A DNA stretch of 64,000 bases from an uncultured Acidobacteriota bacterium (GTDB lineage: Bacteria > Acidobacteriota > Terriglobia > Terriglobales > Acidobacteriaceae), in NCBI GenBank assembly GCA_963832535.1, contig CAWHUK010000011.1:36564-100563 (forward strand), read 5' to 3'. The notes beneath the pieces were generated by a model. That model was not told the DNA's origin, did not search any database, and saw only the letters and a list, made by a program, of their open reading frames with translations. Both the position numbers and the translations under genes were made by a program. Below, in pieces: positions 1-10,686 of this stretch; position 1 is the stretch's first letter, and each line of letters starts with the position of its first letter.

Positions 1-1
1 C

Positions 2-478
2 GGCGAAGAGGCAGTTTGCAAAGCCGGACGTTTCAACCCGAACTTGCTCATCACAGATTTGAATATGGGGGCGGTGAACGGCATGGAGGCCGCCACTCGT
101 ATTACCGCAATGCTCCCCGATTGCCGAGTGCTGTTCTTTTCGGGAACGAGTTCGTTCGATGAGTTGTCTCAGACGGCGCCAAAACATCTTATATACAGTT
201 TTGCGCGCAAGCCCATGCCGGTTCCCGATCTTCTCAATGCGATTGCGTACCTTGTCTCAGCGGTAAATACCGCGGACGATCCTATCGAATCGGTCGACGG
301 TCACAGCTCCGATAAAGGATCTGCGCGGAGATGGCGTGTTAACAGATTGGCTCCGACTCCTGCGAAACCATTAGTCCGCATGTCAAACCGGGCACTCCCC
401 CGCTCGGAAATCGGGCTTTGGAATCCCCTGGGCGGTGAGAACTCGACGGTTGGATCTGACGCAACACACCTGCAGTGA
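2..478 (+). CDS. Response regulator receiver-domain protein, 5' end outside the window
   Basis: Frame is open from base 2 (GEEAVCKAGRFNPNLLITDLNMG..NGMEAA..VLFFSG..KP), with the receiver Asp, Ser and KP motifs. Confidence 0.75.
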   Translation, partial: GEEAVCKAGRFNPNLLITDLNMGAVNGMEAATRITAMLPDCRVLFFSGTSSFDELSQTAPKHLIYSFARKPMPVPDLLNAIAYLVSAVNTADDPIESVDGHSSDKGSARRWRVNRLAPTPAKPLVRMSNRALPRSEIGLWNPLGGENSTVGSDATHLQ

Positions 479-643
479 ACGCTAAGGGCGTAAACCGCGG
501 CGTTGCCGGGCTGGCTCCTGCGGGCTACAGCATCCACCTCTCATAAAATGTCATCGGGCGGAAAAAGAACACCCGCCACTGTTGCAGCGCAGCGGGAGAA
601 TGCTGGCGTTCCGCTATACTGAATAAGAGTCATCTTTGCTTTC

Positions 644-1927
644 GTGGCTCCTCGCAAGCAAAAGGAGAAATGCATTCGCCAGATGACTCAGGGGGACGAA
701 GGTATTCTGTCGGTCGAGCAGAGCCCACGCACAGCGATCGATGCTTCTTCCCCTGCCATGGCGCGCAAGCTGGCCTGGACCTTGGGCGCCTTGTCGGCCT
801 TCGCTCCATTTTCCATCGATACTTACCTTCCCGCCTTCCCCCGTGTTGCTCTCGACCTCGGCGCCTCCATCGGCCTGGTCGAAGTCACGCTTGCTGTCTT
901 TCTGCTGGGCATGGCGATCGGCCAGATCCTTTGGGGAATCCTCAGCGACCGGAGCGGCAGGCGTGTGGCGCTGGTGGCCGGCTGCCTGATCTTCTTCTTA
1001 ATGGCCATCGTTTGCGCGGTCACGCATTCCATAGGCGTCTTGATTGCCGCGCGCTTCATCATGGGCATTGGCGGCTCCGCCGGCCAGGTGGTCGCCCGCG
1101 CCATTGTCCGCGACCTCTACGACAAATCCGAGGCAGCCCGTTTCTATTCGATGATGATGGTCGTCAGCGGCATGGCGCCCATCGTCGCTCCCTTTCTGGG
1201 CAGCCTGCTGCTCACCAATTTCAACTGGCGCGCCATCTTTTGGGTCATTGCCGCCTTCGCCGCCCTTTGCATCGCCGCTGTTCTGGCCGCAATTCCGGAG
1301 ACCCTCCCGCGGGAGGCGCGCCTGCGCACCGAAACCATCGATGCTCTGCTCTCCTGCCGCAGGATATTCGCTCATCAGGCCTTTCTCGGGCCGGCTCTCA
1401 TGGTCGGCTTTTTGGCGGGCATGATGTTCACCTACATCGCCAGTTCGTCGTATGTCTTTATCAACATATTCCGAGTCCCGGTGTTCTTCTTCGGATTTTT
1501 ATTTGCCACCAGCTCCTTAGGGTTCTATCTCGGCGCCCTGTCCAACCGCTGGCTCCTGCGGCGATTCTCCTCGCACGTGCTCTTGCGCCAGGCTGTGGGC
1601 ATCAACCTCGGCGCGGCGCTGCTGCTCGTCGCCTGCTCGTGGGCCAAAGTAGGAGGTCTGCCGCTCTTTTTCGGTATTCTCTTCCTCTGCCTCGCCACCG
1701 TTGGCGTGATCCTGCCCGACGCCACGGCGATTACCATGCACCCATTTGCCGCCGAGGCTGGCGCAGCCTCCGCATGGCTGGGCATCCTTCAATTCCTTCT
1801 CGGCGCCTTGGGTGGCGGACTGGTGGGCCTCTTTCACAACGGCTCGCCGTTGCCCATCGCCATCCAGATCGCCTGCTTTTCACTGGCTGCCGCTGCGACG
1901 CTTCCCTTTTTCCCCGCCCAATCCTGA
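644..1927 (+). CDS. Bcr/CflA-family multidrug efflux MFS transporter (start may be ATG 683 or 758)
   Basis: PFSIDTYLPAFP, GILSDRSGRR motif A, PETL, about 12 hydrophobic segments. Confidence 0.9.
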   Translation: MAPRKQKEKCIRQMTQGDEGILSVEQSPRTAIDASSPAMARKLAWTLGALSAFAPFSIDTYLPAFPRVALDLGASIGLVEVTLAVFLLGMAIGQILWGILSDRSGRRVALVAGCLIFFLMAIVCAVTHSIGVLIAARFIMGIGGSAGQVVARAIVRDLYDKSEAARFYSMMMVVSGMAPIVAPFLGSLLLTNFNWRAIFWVIAAFAALCIAAVLAAIPETLPREARLRTETIDALLSCRRIFAHQAFLGPALMVGFLAGMMFTYIASSSYVFINIFRVPVFFFGFLFATSSLGFYLGALSNRWLLRRFSSHVLLRQAVGINLGAALLLVACSWAKVGGLPLFFGILFLCLATVGVILPDATAITMHPFAAEAGAASAWLGILQFLLGALGGGLVGLFHNGSPLPIAIQIACFSLAAAATLPFFPAQS

Positions 1928-1966
1928 AAATATCGCCGCGGACGTAACGCCGGCCTCCCGCCCGGG

Positions 1967-2034
1967 GCCCCCAACGACAGGTCTTAGTCGTTGGGGTGGT
2001 CGGCCGGCTGTCGTGCGGGCGTCCACGCCCGCAC
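1967..2034. repeat. Two intergenic GC-rich hairpins (REP- or terminator-like)
   Basis: ccccaacgac-aggtctta-gtcgttgggg and gtgcgggcgt-cc-acgcccgcac inverted repeats. Confidence 0.5.
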
Positions 2035-2189
2035 TGTGGGCGCTTCCCATCTCCACGGTCTTGGTCTCGCAAGCGCCGCGCAGGACTGCGGTCGGCTTCG
2101 AACCTTCCGCACCCTAGGAGGAAGTGACCGTGATCACCGCGCAGGAGCGGGGGCGAACAACGAATGGTGACCGCAATCACGACCAGGAG

Positions 2190-2288
2190 CCGGACGAACA
2201 GCGACTGGTGACCGGCATCACAGACACCGGGCGTTGCGCGAGTTGTAAAAAGGGCGCATTCTCGGATGCCAAGCTGAAATCCCAACTA
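2190..2288 (+). repeat. Degenerate intron-free copy of the leader that holds the group II intron insertion site
   Basis: Aligns by eye with 2889-2966 joined to 4841-4860 (ggtgaccgg-atc-cagac..gttgcgcgag..gcgcatt..gatg|c-aa--tg-aaatcccaacta). Confidence 0.75.
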
Positions 2289-2404
2289 AGACTCGAGTTG
2301 TAGATCGCTGATTCCGGAGAGAGCCGGGAGCTTCAGCTCCCGGAAATGGCGCAAACTCGCTCCGTCCCCCAGGCCCCGATTTTTGCCCCAAGTAATCAGT
2401 CAGC

Positions 2405-2495
2405 TCCTATTGGGCCCGCGGTAGCGTGTCTGCTTATCGCGTTCGCCCCCCAACACAGGAAAAGCAAGAGAACACGAGCAACAATGCAATCCCGC
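2405..2495 (+). repeat. Decayed copy of the signal-peptide-coding 5' end of gene 4906-5781
   Basis: ctattgggcccgcg-tagc-tgtctgct-atcgcgttcgcccc..cacaggaaaagcaagagaacac-agca-caatgcaatc matches about 4922-5008. Confidence 0.85.
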
Positions 2496-2508
2496 AAGGA
2501 GAGAAGAA

Positions 2509-2841
2509 ATGAAATTACTAGTCATAGGCAAACCCAAGGATGCAATGACGACGCTCCCGCCAGGTCTAATCAGGCAACTCTGGGAGACAAGCCTGGTTGC
2601 GCTAGGCCAGCAAAAAGGAGCAGGAAGGTTCCTGGAAGGCTACTCTTCGCCCACAGGCCACGCCATCGCTATTCTCGACTACAAAGACGCCGATGAGTGG
2701 ATGAAGGAGCAAACCTCGGTACCCATCGTGAGGTACTACGACTGGGAGGTTTATCCCCTGGCTCATCTTGAGGAGGGAATGAACAGCCTCCTTGGAAGCC
2801 TCAAAGCAGCAGAGCGCTTGATGTCGGCTACAGCTAAATAG
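2509..2841 (+). CDS. Small dimeric alpha+beta barrel protein (muconolactone isomerase/DUF3303-like)
   Basis: RBS aaggag; 110 aa ending in a P....Y.DWEVYPL pattern typical of this fold. Confidence 0.6.
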   Translation: MKLLVIGKPKDAMTTLPPGLIRQLWETSLVALGQQKGAGRFLEGYSSPTGHAIAILDYKDADEWMKEQTSVPIVRYYDWEVYPLAHLEEGMNSLLGSLKAAERLMSATAK

Positions 2842-2932
2842 CCTGCAAGCAGGAAGCCGGCTAACGCTGATGAGGTTGTGCTTCCGGCCCGGACTTCCCA
2901 CGACCGGGTGACCGGAATCGCAGACCAAGTGT

Positions 2933-2960
2933 TGCGCGAGGCGTAGAGCTCGCGCATTTT
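2933..2960 (+). terminator. Intrinsic terminator-like hairpin 6 nt upstream of the intron (class C target)
   Basis: tgcgcgag-gcgtagag-ctcgcgca followed by tttt. Confidence 0.75.
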
Positions 2961-2966
2961 GAGATG

Positions 2967-4840
<1,874 letters not shown>

Positions 4841-4905
4841 CAAAATGGAAATCCCAACTACTTCGCGGTGTTCGGTTTTCCATTAACTGAAAAAAGGAGA
4901 ACGTT

Positions 4906-5781
4906 ATGACAAAGCTAGTTGCTATTGGGCCCGCGATAGCATGTCTGCTGATCGCGTTCGCCCCCGCACAGGAAAAGCAAGAGAACACAAGCAGCAATGC
5001 AATCGCGCGCTATGTGTACATCCAAGAATCCCAGATCGGCGCGGCCAAGGGAGCCAGCTTCGCCAACGTAAGCGCGCAGTTCCGCGATACCGCAAACAGC
5101 ACCGCTCCCGATTTGTATTGGATCGCGGGCGAGCCCATTACCGGCGATTCCGACCATGTCACCAACGTTTTTTTCTATGACAGTATGGCCTCTGTCGGAA
5201 AAGGAGAAGACGCATTTGCCAAAGTCTTCCAGGCCTTAGCTGCCAAGAACCCCGGCATCATCAGTCAGGTCGGCGACGTGATTAAGGGCACGCATTATGT
5301 CCTGGCTGAGTACAACAAGGAACTGTCGTATCGCCCCGACGCGGTCCCCCTGGCAGAAACCAAGTGGTGGGTGACCGATGTCTACGAGCTGAAGCCGGGC
5401 TGCGAGGATAGGTTCGCCGAGATCGGTAAGTCGTTTTTCGAGATGGCAAAGCGCTCGAATTGGGATATTAGCGGGATCGCTTATGACGTTCGCGCGGGCG
5501 CTCCCGACCCAACGATCCTGGTCGTGCATCCGCATCGCTCGCTCGCCGAAATGGACCAGGAACCGCCGGCGGCCGCCAGGGAGGCCATGGCGAGCGCGCC
5601 ATGGCGCCAGATGTGGCAGCAATTCTCGGAGGGATGCATCCGGCACCTTGAGCACTCCTATTCGCGGGTCAATCCGGGCCTGAGCCGTCCCCCACAGAGC
5701 GTGGTTGCGGCCAATCCGGACTTTTGGACTCCGAAGCCAGAGCCCGCAATGGCCCCCGCCAAGCCAGCCAAACAAAAATGA
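4906..5781 (+). CDS. Secreted protein, probably two NIPSNAP-like alpha+beta barrel domains
   Basis: RBS aaggag, signal peptide, two similar halves (YELKPG..F..; SLAEMD), C-terminal PAK-rich tail. Confidence 0.6.
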   Translation: MTKLVAIGPAIACLLIAFAPAQEKQENTSSNAIARYVYIQESQIGAAKGASFANVSAQFRDTANSTAPDLYWIAGEPITGDSDHVTNVFFYDSMASVGKGEDAFAKVFQALAAKNPGIISQVGDVIKGTHYVLAEYNKELSYRPDAVPLAETKWWVTDVYELKPGCEDRFAEIGKSFFEMAKRSNWDISGIAYDVRAGAPDPTILVVHPHRSLAEMDQEPPAAAREAMASAPWRQMWQQFSEGCIRHLEHSYSRVNPGLSRPPQSVVAANPDFWTPKPEPAMAPAKPAKQK

Positions 5782-6020
5782 AATAACCACTGATTGGGCC
5801 CTCAAGTGAAAACGGTTAGGCGGAATTTTCCGCCCAACTTGCAAGCTCGGCAGGCCATTGGGGTGCCCCCGGTCCCTCGCCTTTGGGGACCGGGGAGGAA
5901 GCAGCCTCGGCAGGCCATTGCATCGCGCTGAAGCCAGGTGCCCCCGGTCCCTCGCGTTTGGGGACCGGGGAGGAAGCAGGCATCGATCTACAACAATTCA
6001 CACACACAAGGAGGAATCAC

Positions 6021-6434
6021 ATGTCCACGATGAACCCGGATGTAGGCACTTGGAAACTGAATTTCGCCCAGTCGAAGTATTCACCCGATTACCCCCTGCA
6101 ACTGAAGCAGGCAACGCTGGTTATGAGCGAGATCGGCGACGAGATCGAGCTTGCTGTAAGTAGAACGCTCGTGAACGGATCGCCCATTTCGCTAAAGCAC
6201 AGCTTCCCCCAGGGAGGAGGCGCCATTAAACCGGCGCCAGCCGGGTACGACGCAGGCATCCTCACCATAGTCACCCCGCACGAATTCTATTCAACGCATC
6301 TGAAAGGCGGGAAGCAGCTAGCGTTTTCGCACGTCGTCATAAGCGCAGATGGCAAGACGAAGCGCTCGACGATGAAAGTCACGGGACCGGACGGCAAGCC
6401 CAGCGAGTCGCTGTCAGTATGGGACAAGCAATAG
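6021..6434 (+). CDS. Small lipocalin-like beta-barrel protein, copy 1
   Basis: RBS aaggagg; GTWKLN..KS-type start, SADGKT, W-D-K-Q end; 137 aa. Confidence 0.7.
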   Translation: MSTMNPDVGTWKLNFAQSKYSPDYPLQLKQATLVMSEIGDEIELAVSRTLVNGSPISLKHSFPQGGGAIKPAPAGYDAGILTIVTPHEFYSTHLKGGKQLAFSHVVISADGKTKRSTMKVTGPDGKPSESLSVWDKQ

Positions 6435-6552
6435 AGCTGGGTTCTCGTTTGCCATATCGGTAGAACTGGTTGCCCCCGGCCCCTCGCCTTTGGGGACCGG
6501 GGAGGAAGCAGGCATCGATCTACAACAATTCACACACACAAGGAGGAATCAC

Positions 6553-6966
6553 ATGTCCACGATGAACCCGGATGTAGGCACTTGGAAGTTTAATGCCGCC
6601 CAGTCGAAGTTTTCACCGGATTACCCCCTGCAACTGAAGCAGGCAACGCTGGTTGTTAGCGAGATCGGCGACGAGAACGAGCTTGCGCTTAGTGGAACGC
6701 TCGTGAACGGATCGCCCATTTCGCTAAAGTACACCCACCCCCAGGGCGGGGGTGCCATTAAACCGGCGCTATTCGGGTACGACGCAAGCATCCTCACCAT
6801 GGTCACCCCGCACGAATTCTATACAACGGCTCTGAAAGGCGGGAAGCAGCTAGCCCTTTTGCACATCGTCATAAGCGCAGATGGCAGGACGAAGCGCCAG
6901 ACGGGAAAAGTCACGGGGCCGGACGGCAAGCCCAGCGAGTCGCTGGCAGTATGGGACAAGCAATAG
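6553..6966 (+). CDS. Small lipocalin-like beta-barrel protein, copy 2
   Basis: Tandem duplicate at a 532-bp period; 23 of 137 aa differ from copy 1 by hand alignment. Confidence 0.7.
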   Translation: MSTMNPDVGTWKFNAAQSKFSPDYPLQLKQATLVVSEIGDENELALSGTLVNGSPISLKYTHPQGGGAIKPALFGYDASILTMVTPHEFYTTALKGGKQLALLHIVISADGRTKRQTGKVTGPDGKPSESLAVWDKQ

Positions 6967-7080
6967 AGCTGGGTTTTCGTTTGCCATATCGGTAGAACTG
7001 GTTGCCCCGGTCCCTCACCTTTGGGGACCGGGGAGGAAGCTGAGAAACGAAGCACTGAGAAACGAATGGAGGAGATACCG

Positions 7081-7383
7081 ATGATTACCATCATGCGTAC
7101 GGCGGTGTGCGCCGCACCTGGAAAGCGGGGCGACGCGCTGGCTTTTGCCAATCAAATTGCAAAGTACATCAATGAAAAGTACGGCCAAACGGTAGAGGTG
7201 CTTATGCCAATCGCCGGGAATCTGGATCGGATTGCGTGGCGATTGAACTACGAGAGCCTGGCGCAATATGAGGCCTTCATTGCGAAGGCCCTCGCCGATC
7301 CTGACTTGATGGGCATGTCAACTAAAGGCTTGGGCATCTTCATGCCTGGATCGTTAAACGACGATATGTGGCGGACGATCTGA
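7081..7383 (+). CDS. Small NIPSNAP-like/dimeric alpha+beta barrel protein
   Basis: RBS ggagg; PGK..A..FA, YESLAQYE..ADP pattern; 100 aa. Confidence 0.6.
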   Translation: MITIMRTAVCAAPGKRGDALAFANQIAKYINEKYGQTVEVLMPIAGNLDRIAWRLNYESLAQYEAFIAKALADPDLMGMSTKGLGIFMPGSLNDDMWRTI

Positions 7384-7487
7384 AGTGAGATCTTAGCTGC
7401 GGAAATCCCGCGCGCCGCGCCCGTCCCAAACACACGCTTCATGCCGTTCGTGTGGAACGGTTCCGTGTCTAAAGGAGGACACTCAAT

Positions 7488-7994
7488 ATGCACAATCGAT
7501 ACTTCCTGGCCGCAGCGTTTGCGCTCACGGTCATTCTTGCGGGTTGCCAACAGGCTCCGCCGCCACCCGCTCCAGACACCCATGACGCGGACGTGAAAGC
7601 GATTCGCGATTTTGAAACCGCCATGGGGCAGGCGTTCGCCGCCAAGGATGTGGATAAGATCGCTGCATTCTATGCCGACGATGCATCTGTTTTCTTTCCA
7701 GATACTCCCGTAGTCAACGGAACGGCGGCAATCAAAGCTTTTTGGAAGCCGTATCTGGCAGATAAGAACTTCTCCACGACCTTCGTGTCGGACAAGGTGG
7801 ATGTCGCGAAGTCAGGGGACCTTGGCTACAGTCAGGGCGCCTACACCGTGACCTTCACAGACCCCAAGACAAAGAAGGTGCTCACCGGGAAAGGCAAGAA
7901 CGTCCTCGTCTACAAGAAGCAGGCTGACGGCAGTTGGAAGGCAGTTGCGGCCATCTTTAACGAGGATGCTCCGCCGGCGCCGGCGAAAAAGTAG
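7488..7994 (+). CDS. NTF2/SnoaL-like (DUF4440/YybH) lipoprotein, copy 1
   Basis: Lipobox LAGC; FYADDA, SGDLGYSQG, KKQADGSWK. Confidence 0.85.
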   Translation: MHNRYFLAAAFALTVILAGCQQAPPPPAPDTHDADVKAIRDFETAMGQAFAAKDVDKIAAFYADDASVFFPDTPVVNGTAAIKAFWKPYLADKNFSTTFVSDKVDVAKSGDLGYSQGAYTVTFTDPKTKKVLTGKGKNVLVYKKQADGSWKAVAAIFNEDAPPAPAKK

Positions 7995-8116
7995 CTTAGG
8001 CGGATCGCCTCGCAACCTGAACGGGTGTTCCATTCATGCCACTATTTCCCGAGCCGTGCGCCTCGGGTTTTGAGTGGGCGCCCGTTCGCACTGATGTCTA
8101 AAGGAGGACACTCAAT

Positions 8117-8623
8117 ATGCACAATCGCTACTTCCTGGCCGCAGCGTTTGCGCTCACGGTCATTCTTGCGGGTTGCAAACAGGCTCCGCCGCCACCCGCT
8201 GCAGACACCCATGACGCGGACGTGAAAGCGATTCGCGATGTTGAAACCGCCATGGCGCAGGCGATCGCCGCCAAGGATGTGGATAAGGTGATGGCATTCT
8301 ATGCCGACGATGCATCTCTCTTCAAGAAAGATGCCCCTGTAGTCAACGGAACAGCGGCAATCAAAGCCGCATGGAAGCCGGTGCTGGAAGATAGGAATTT
8401 CTCCCTTACCGACGTGTTGGACAAGGTGGATGTCGCGAAGTCGGGAGACCTCGGCTACAGTCAGAGTGTCTTCACCGCGACCTCCGCAGACCCCAAGACA
8501 AAGAAGGTGCTCACGATGAAAGGCAATGAGGTCGTGGTCTTCAAGAAGCAGGCCGACGGCGGTTGGAAGTGTGTTGCGGACATCGGTAACGAGGATGCTC
8601 CGCCGGCGCCGGCGAAAAAGTAG
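8117..8623 (+). CDS. NTF2/SnoaL-like (DUF4440/YybH) lipoprotein, copy 2
   Basis: Tandem duplicate with identical RBS region; 33 of 168 aa differ by hand alignment. Confidence 0.85.
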   Translation: MHNRYFLAAAFALTVILAGCKQAPPPPAADTHDADVKAIRDVETAMAQAIAAKDVDKVMAFYADDASLFKKDAPVVNGTAAIKAAWKPVLEDRNFSLTDVLDKVDVAKSGDLGYSQSVFTATSADPKTKKVLTMKGNEVVVFKKQADGGWKCVADIGNEDAPPAPAKK

Positions 8624-8880
8624 GGCAGGTGAACCGCCGCGCAGCTTGAACGGGTGTTCCATTCACGCTCATGTTTCCCGAGCAGCGGGTGGAATTTGGT
8701 GCTCGGCAGAGGCAAAAGAGGGCTCGTGGAGAAAAAACTGCGCTTCGGAAGATCAATGCGTGGGGCTTGCGATAGAGTGCCACTTATCCGGGAGCCAAAA
8801 TGGAAACCCTGGCCTACCTGTTGTATGTTTAAGCCCTCAGTCGCCTCGTATGGTGCTGAGAAACGAATGGAGGAGATGCC

Positions 8881-9423
8881 ATGCAACGAATCAGCATTCT
8901 GTTGTGTTTTCTGGTCGTTTGCTTTGCCACGGCAATGCAGGCCCAGGCACCGGCTCCGAAGCCAAATCCAGAGGTCAAGAAACTGCACGTTTATCTCGGC
9001 CACTGGACGGTCGAAGGCGAAGTGAAGCCCGGACCGTGGGGGCCCGGTGTCAAGATCAACCAAACCTATGACGGTCAGATGGCAATCGGAGGATTCTACT
9101 TCCGGGGCCAGTGGGGAAAAGGGGATATGGCGAGTGTTGATTACTTTGGATACGACCCCGTAACAAAGAACCTCGTCGGTGACTCGTACGGACTGGACGG
9201 AACCAGAACGTCTTGGGTGGGAAGCGCAAGCGGGAACACATTTAGCTGGACAGCAAAGGCCACCACCGCAACAGGGGAGCAGTATTCTCTTAGGGGACAT
9301 GAGGCATTTGCGGCGGATTTCATGAGCGTAGCGATTACGTACGAACGATCCAGCGATGGCAAAACGTGGATGCCGTTCCTTGAGATGAAATGGGCCAAGG
9401 CCGCAGCGCCTGCGAAGAAGTAG
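8881..9423 (+). CDS. Secreted beta-barrel protein (DUF1579-like)
   Basis: Signal peptide; PE.KKL..YLGHW..EG, GYDP, SSDGKTW. Confidence 0.65.
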   Translation: MQRISILLCFLVVCFATAMQAQAPAPKPNPEVKKLHVYLGHWTVEGEVKPGPWGPGVKINQTYDGQMAIGGFYFRGQWGKGDMASVDYFGYDPVTKNLVGDSYGLDGTRTSWVGSASGNTFSWTAKATTATGEQYSLRGHEAFAADFMSVAITYERSSDGKTWMPFLEMKWAKAAAPAKK

Positions 9424-9647
9424 CGTCGGCACCAAGGGCTGCGCCGCATTTGCGCATAGGTTTATCCAGCTCAAGGGACGTCTTGAGTCGCTAGGTATGT
9501 GTGTCTGCAAGGGGCATCTCAAGCGCAGACGAAAGGGATTCTGGGCGAGTCTCTGGAAAGCTAGGGTGCCCAGGCCGGGGTAGAGGTGCCTCGCATTTGG
9601 GCACCTGGGACTGCACGCTTCAGACGCGCAGCCACAAGATCGGAACC

Positions 9648-10607
9648 CTAACGATTGCCCACCGTCGCGCCCGGCACGGTTCTGCTCTTGAAAAATTCCA
9701 GCGACTTCTTCAGCCCTTCCTTGAGCCCGACGCGCGGCTCCCATCCCAGCAGCGTGCGCGCCTTGGTAATGTCGGGACGGCGGCGCGCGGGATCGTCCTC
9801 CGGCAGATCGACGAAGCACAATTCGCTCTTCGAGCCCGTAACTTCCAGCACGGCCTGCGCGCACTCCAGAATCGTGAACTCTTCGGGGTTGCCGATGTTG
9901 ACGGGCAGATGCTCCTCGCTGCGCGAGAGGCGCACGATGCCCTCGATCAGATCGTCGACATAGCAAAAGCTGCGCGTCTGCTTGCCATCGCCGTAGATGG
10001 TAAGCCGCTCGCCGCGCAGGGCCTGCATCATGAAGTTCGAGATAACGCGTCCGTCGCCGGGGTGCAGGCGCGGACCGTATGTGTTGAAGATGCGCACCAG
10101 ATGCGTGTTGACGCCGCGCGAGCGGTGATACGCCATCACCATCGCCTCGGCGAAGCGCTTGGCCTCGTCGTACACCGAGCGCGGACCCACCGGGTTCACA
10201 TTGCCCCAATAACTCTCCGATTGCGGATGCTCGAGCGGGTCGCCATAACACTCTGACGTGGAGGCGTGCAGGTAGCCGGCATTGGATCGGGCCGCGATTT
10301 TCAGCGTGTTCTCAACGCCCACGGACCCAACCCGCAGCGTCTCGATACCCAGGCGCAGATACTCCGGCGGGCTGGCCGGCGAAGCCAGATTGAAGACATA
10401 ATCGACTGGACCGGGATCGAAGGGCGTGCAGATGTCCAGTTCCTCAAACCGGAAGTTCGGATGACCCGCGAGATGAATGAGGTTCTTGGGATCGCCCGTG
10501 GACAGGTTATCGACGCCCAGAACCGAGTAGCCCTCACTGAGCAGGCGGTCAGTCAGGTGGGAACCAAGAAATCCGGCAGCGCCGGTAACAAGTGCTCGCT
10601 TGGTCAA
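9648..10607 (-). CDS. UDP-glucuronate decarboxylase-like NAD-dependent epimerase/dehydratase
   Basis: [38 protein letters not shown]. Confidence 0.9.
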   Translation of the reverse strand: MTKRALVTGAAGFLGSHLTDRLLSEGYSVLGVDNLSTGDPKNLIHLAGHPNFRFEELDICTPFDPGPVDYVFNLASPASPPEYLRLGIETLRVGSVGVENTLKIAARSNAGYLHASTSECYGDPLEHPQSESYWGNVNPVGPRSVYDEAKRFAEAMVMAYHRSRGVNTHLVRIFNTYGPRLHPGDGRVISNFMMQALRGERLTIYGDGKQTRSFCYVDDLIEGIVRLSRSEEHLPVNIGNPEEFTILECAQAVLEVTGSKSELCFVDLPEDDPARRRPDITKARTLLGWEPRVGLKEGLKKSLEFFKSRTVPGATVGNR

Positions 10608-10686
10608 GAAATCACGCTCCAGTCATGGGCCGGACAGCGGAATCGGCGGGCTTCGGTGCTCTTACTGCTTCGGCCCTACCATGGTT

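Larger units (their letters stand above)
5861..7040. repeat. Four copies of a ~43-bp REP-like palindrome (5861-5905, 5937-5979, 6471-6511, 7003-7040); variant at 9564-9610
   Basis: ccccggtccc-tcgcctttg-gggaccgggg-aggaagc repeated with only 1-2 mismatches. Confidence 0.9.

Noticed and set aside
5861-7040. CRISPR array
   Set aside because: Spacing is irregular (31 bp, then about 490 bp), the long intervals contain genes, and no cas genes are present
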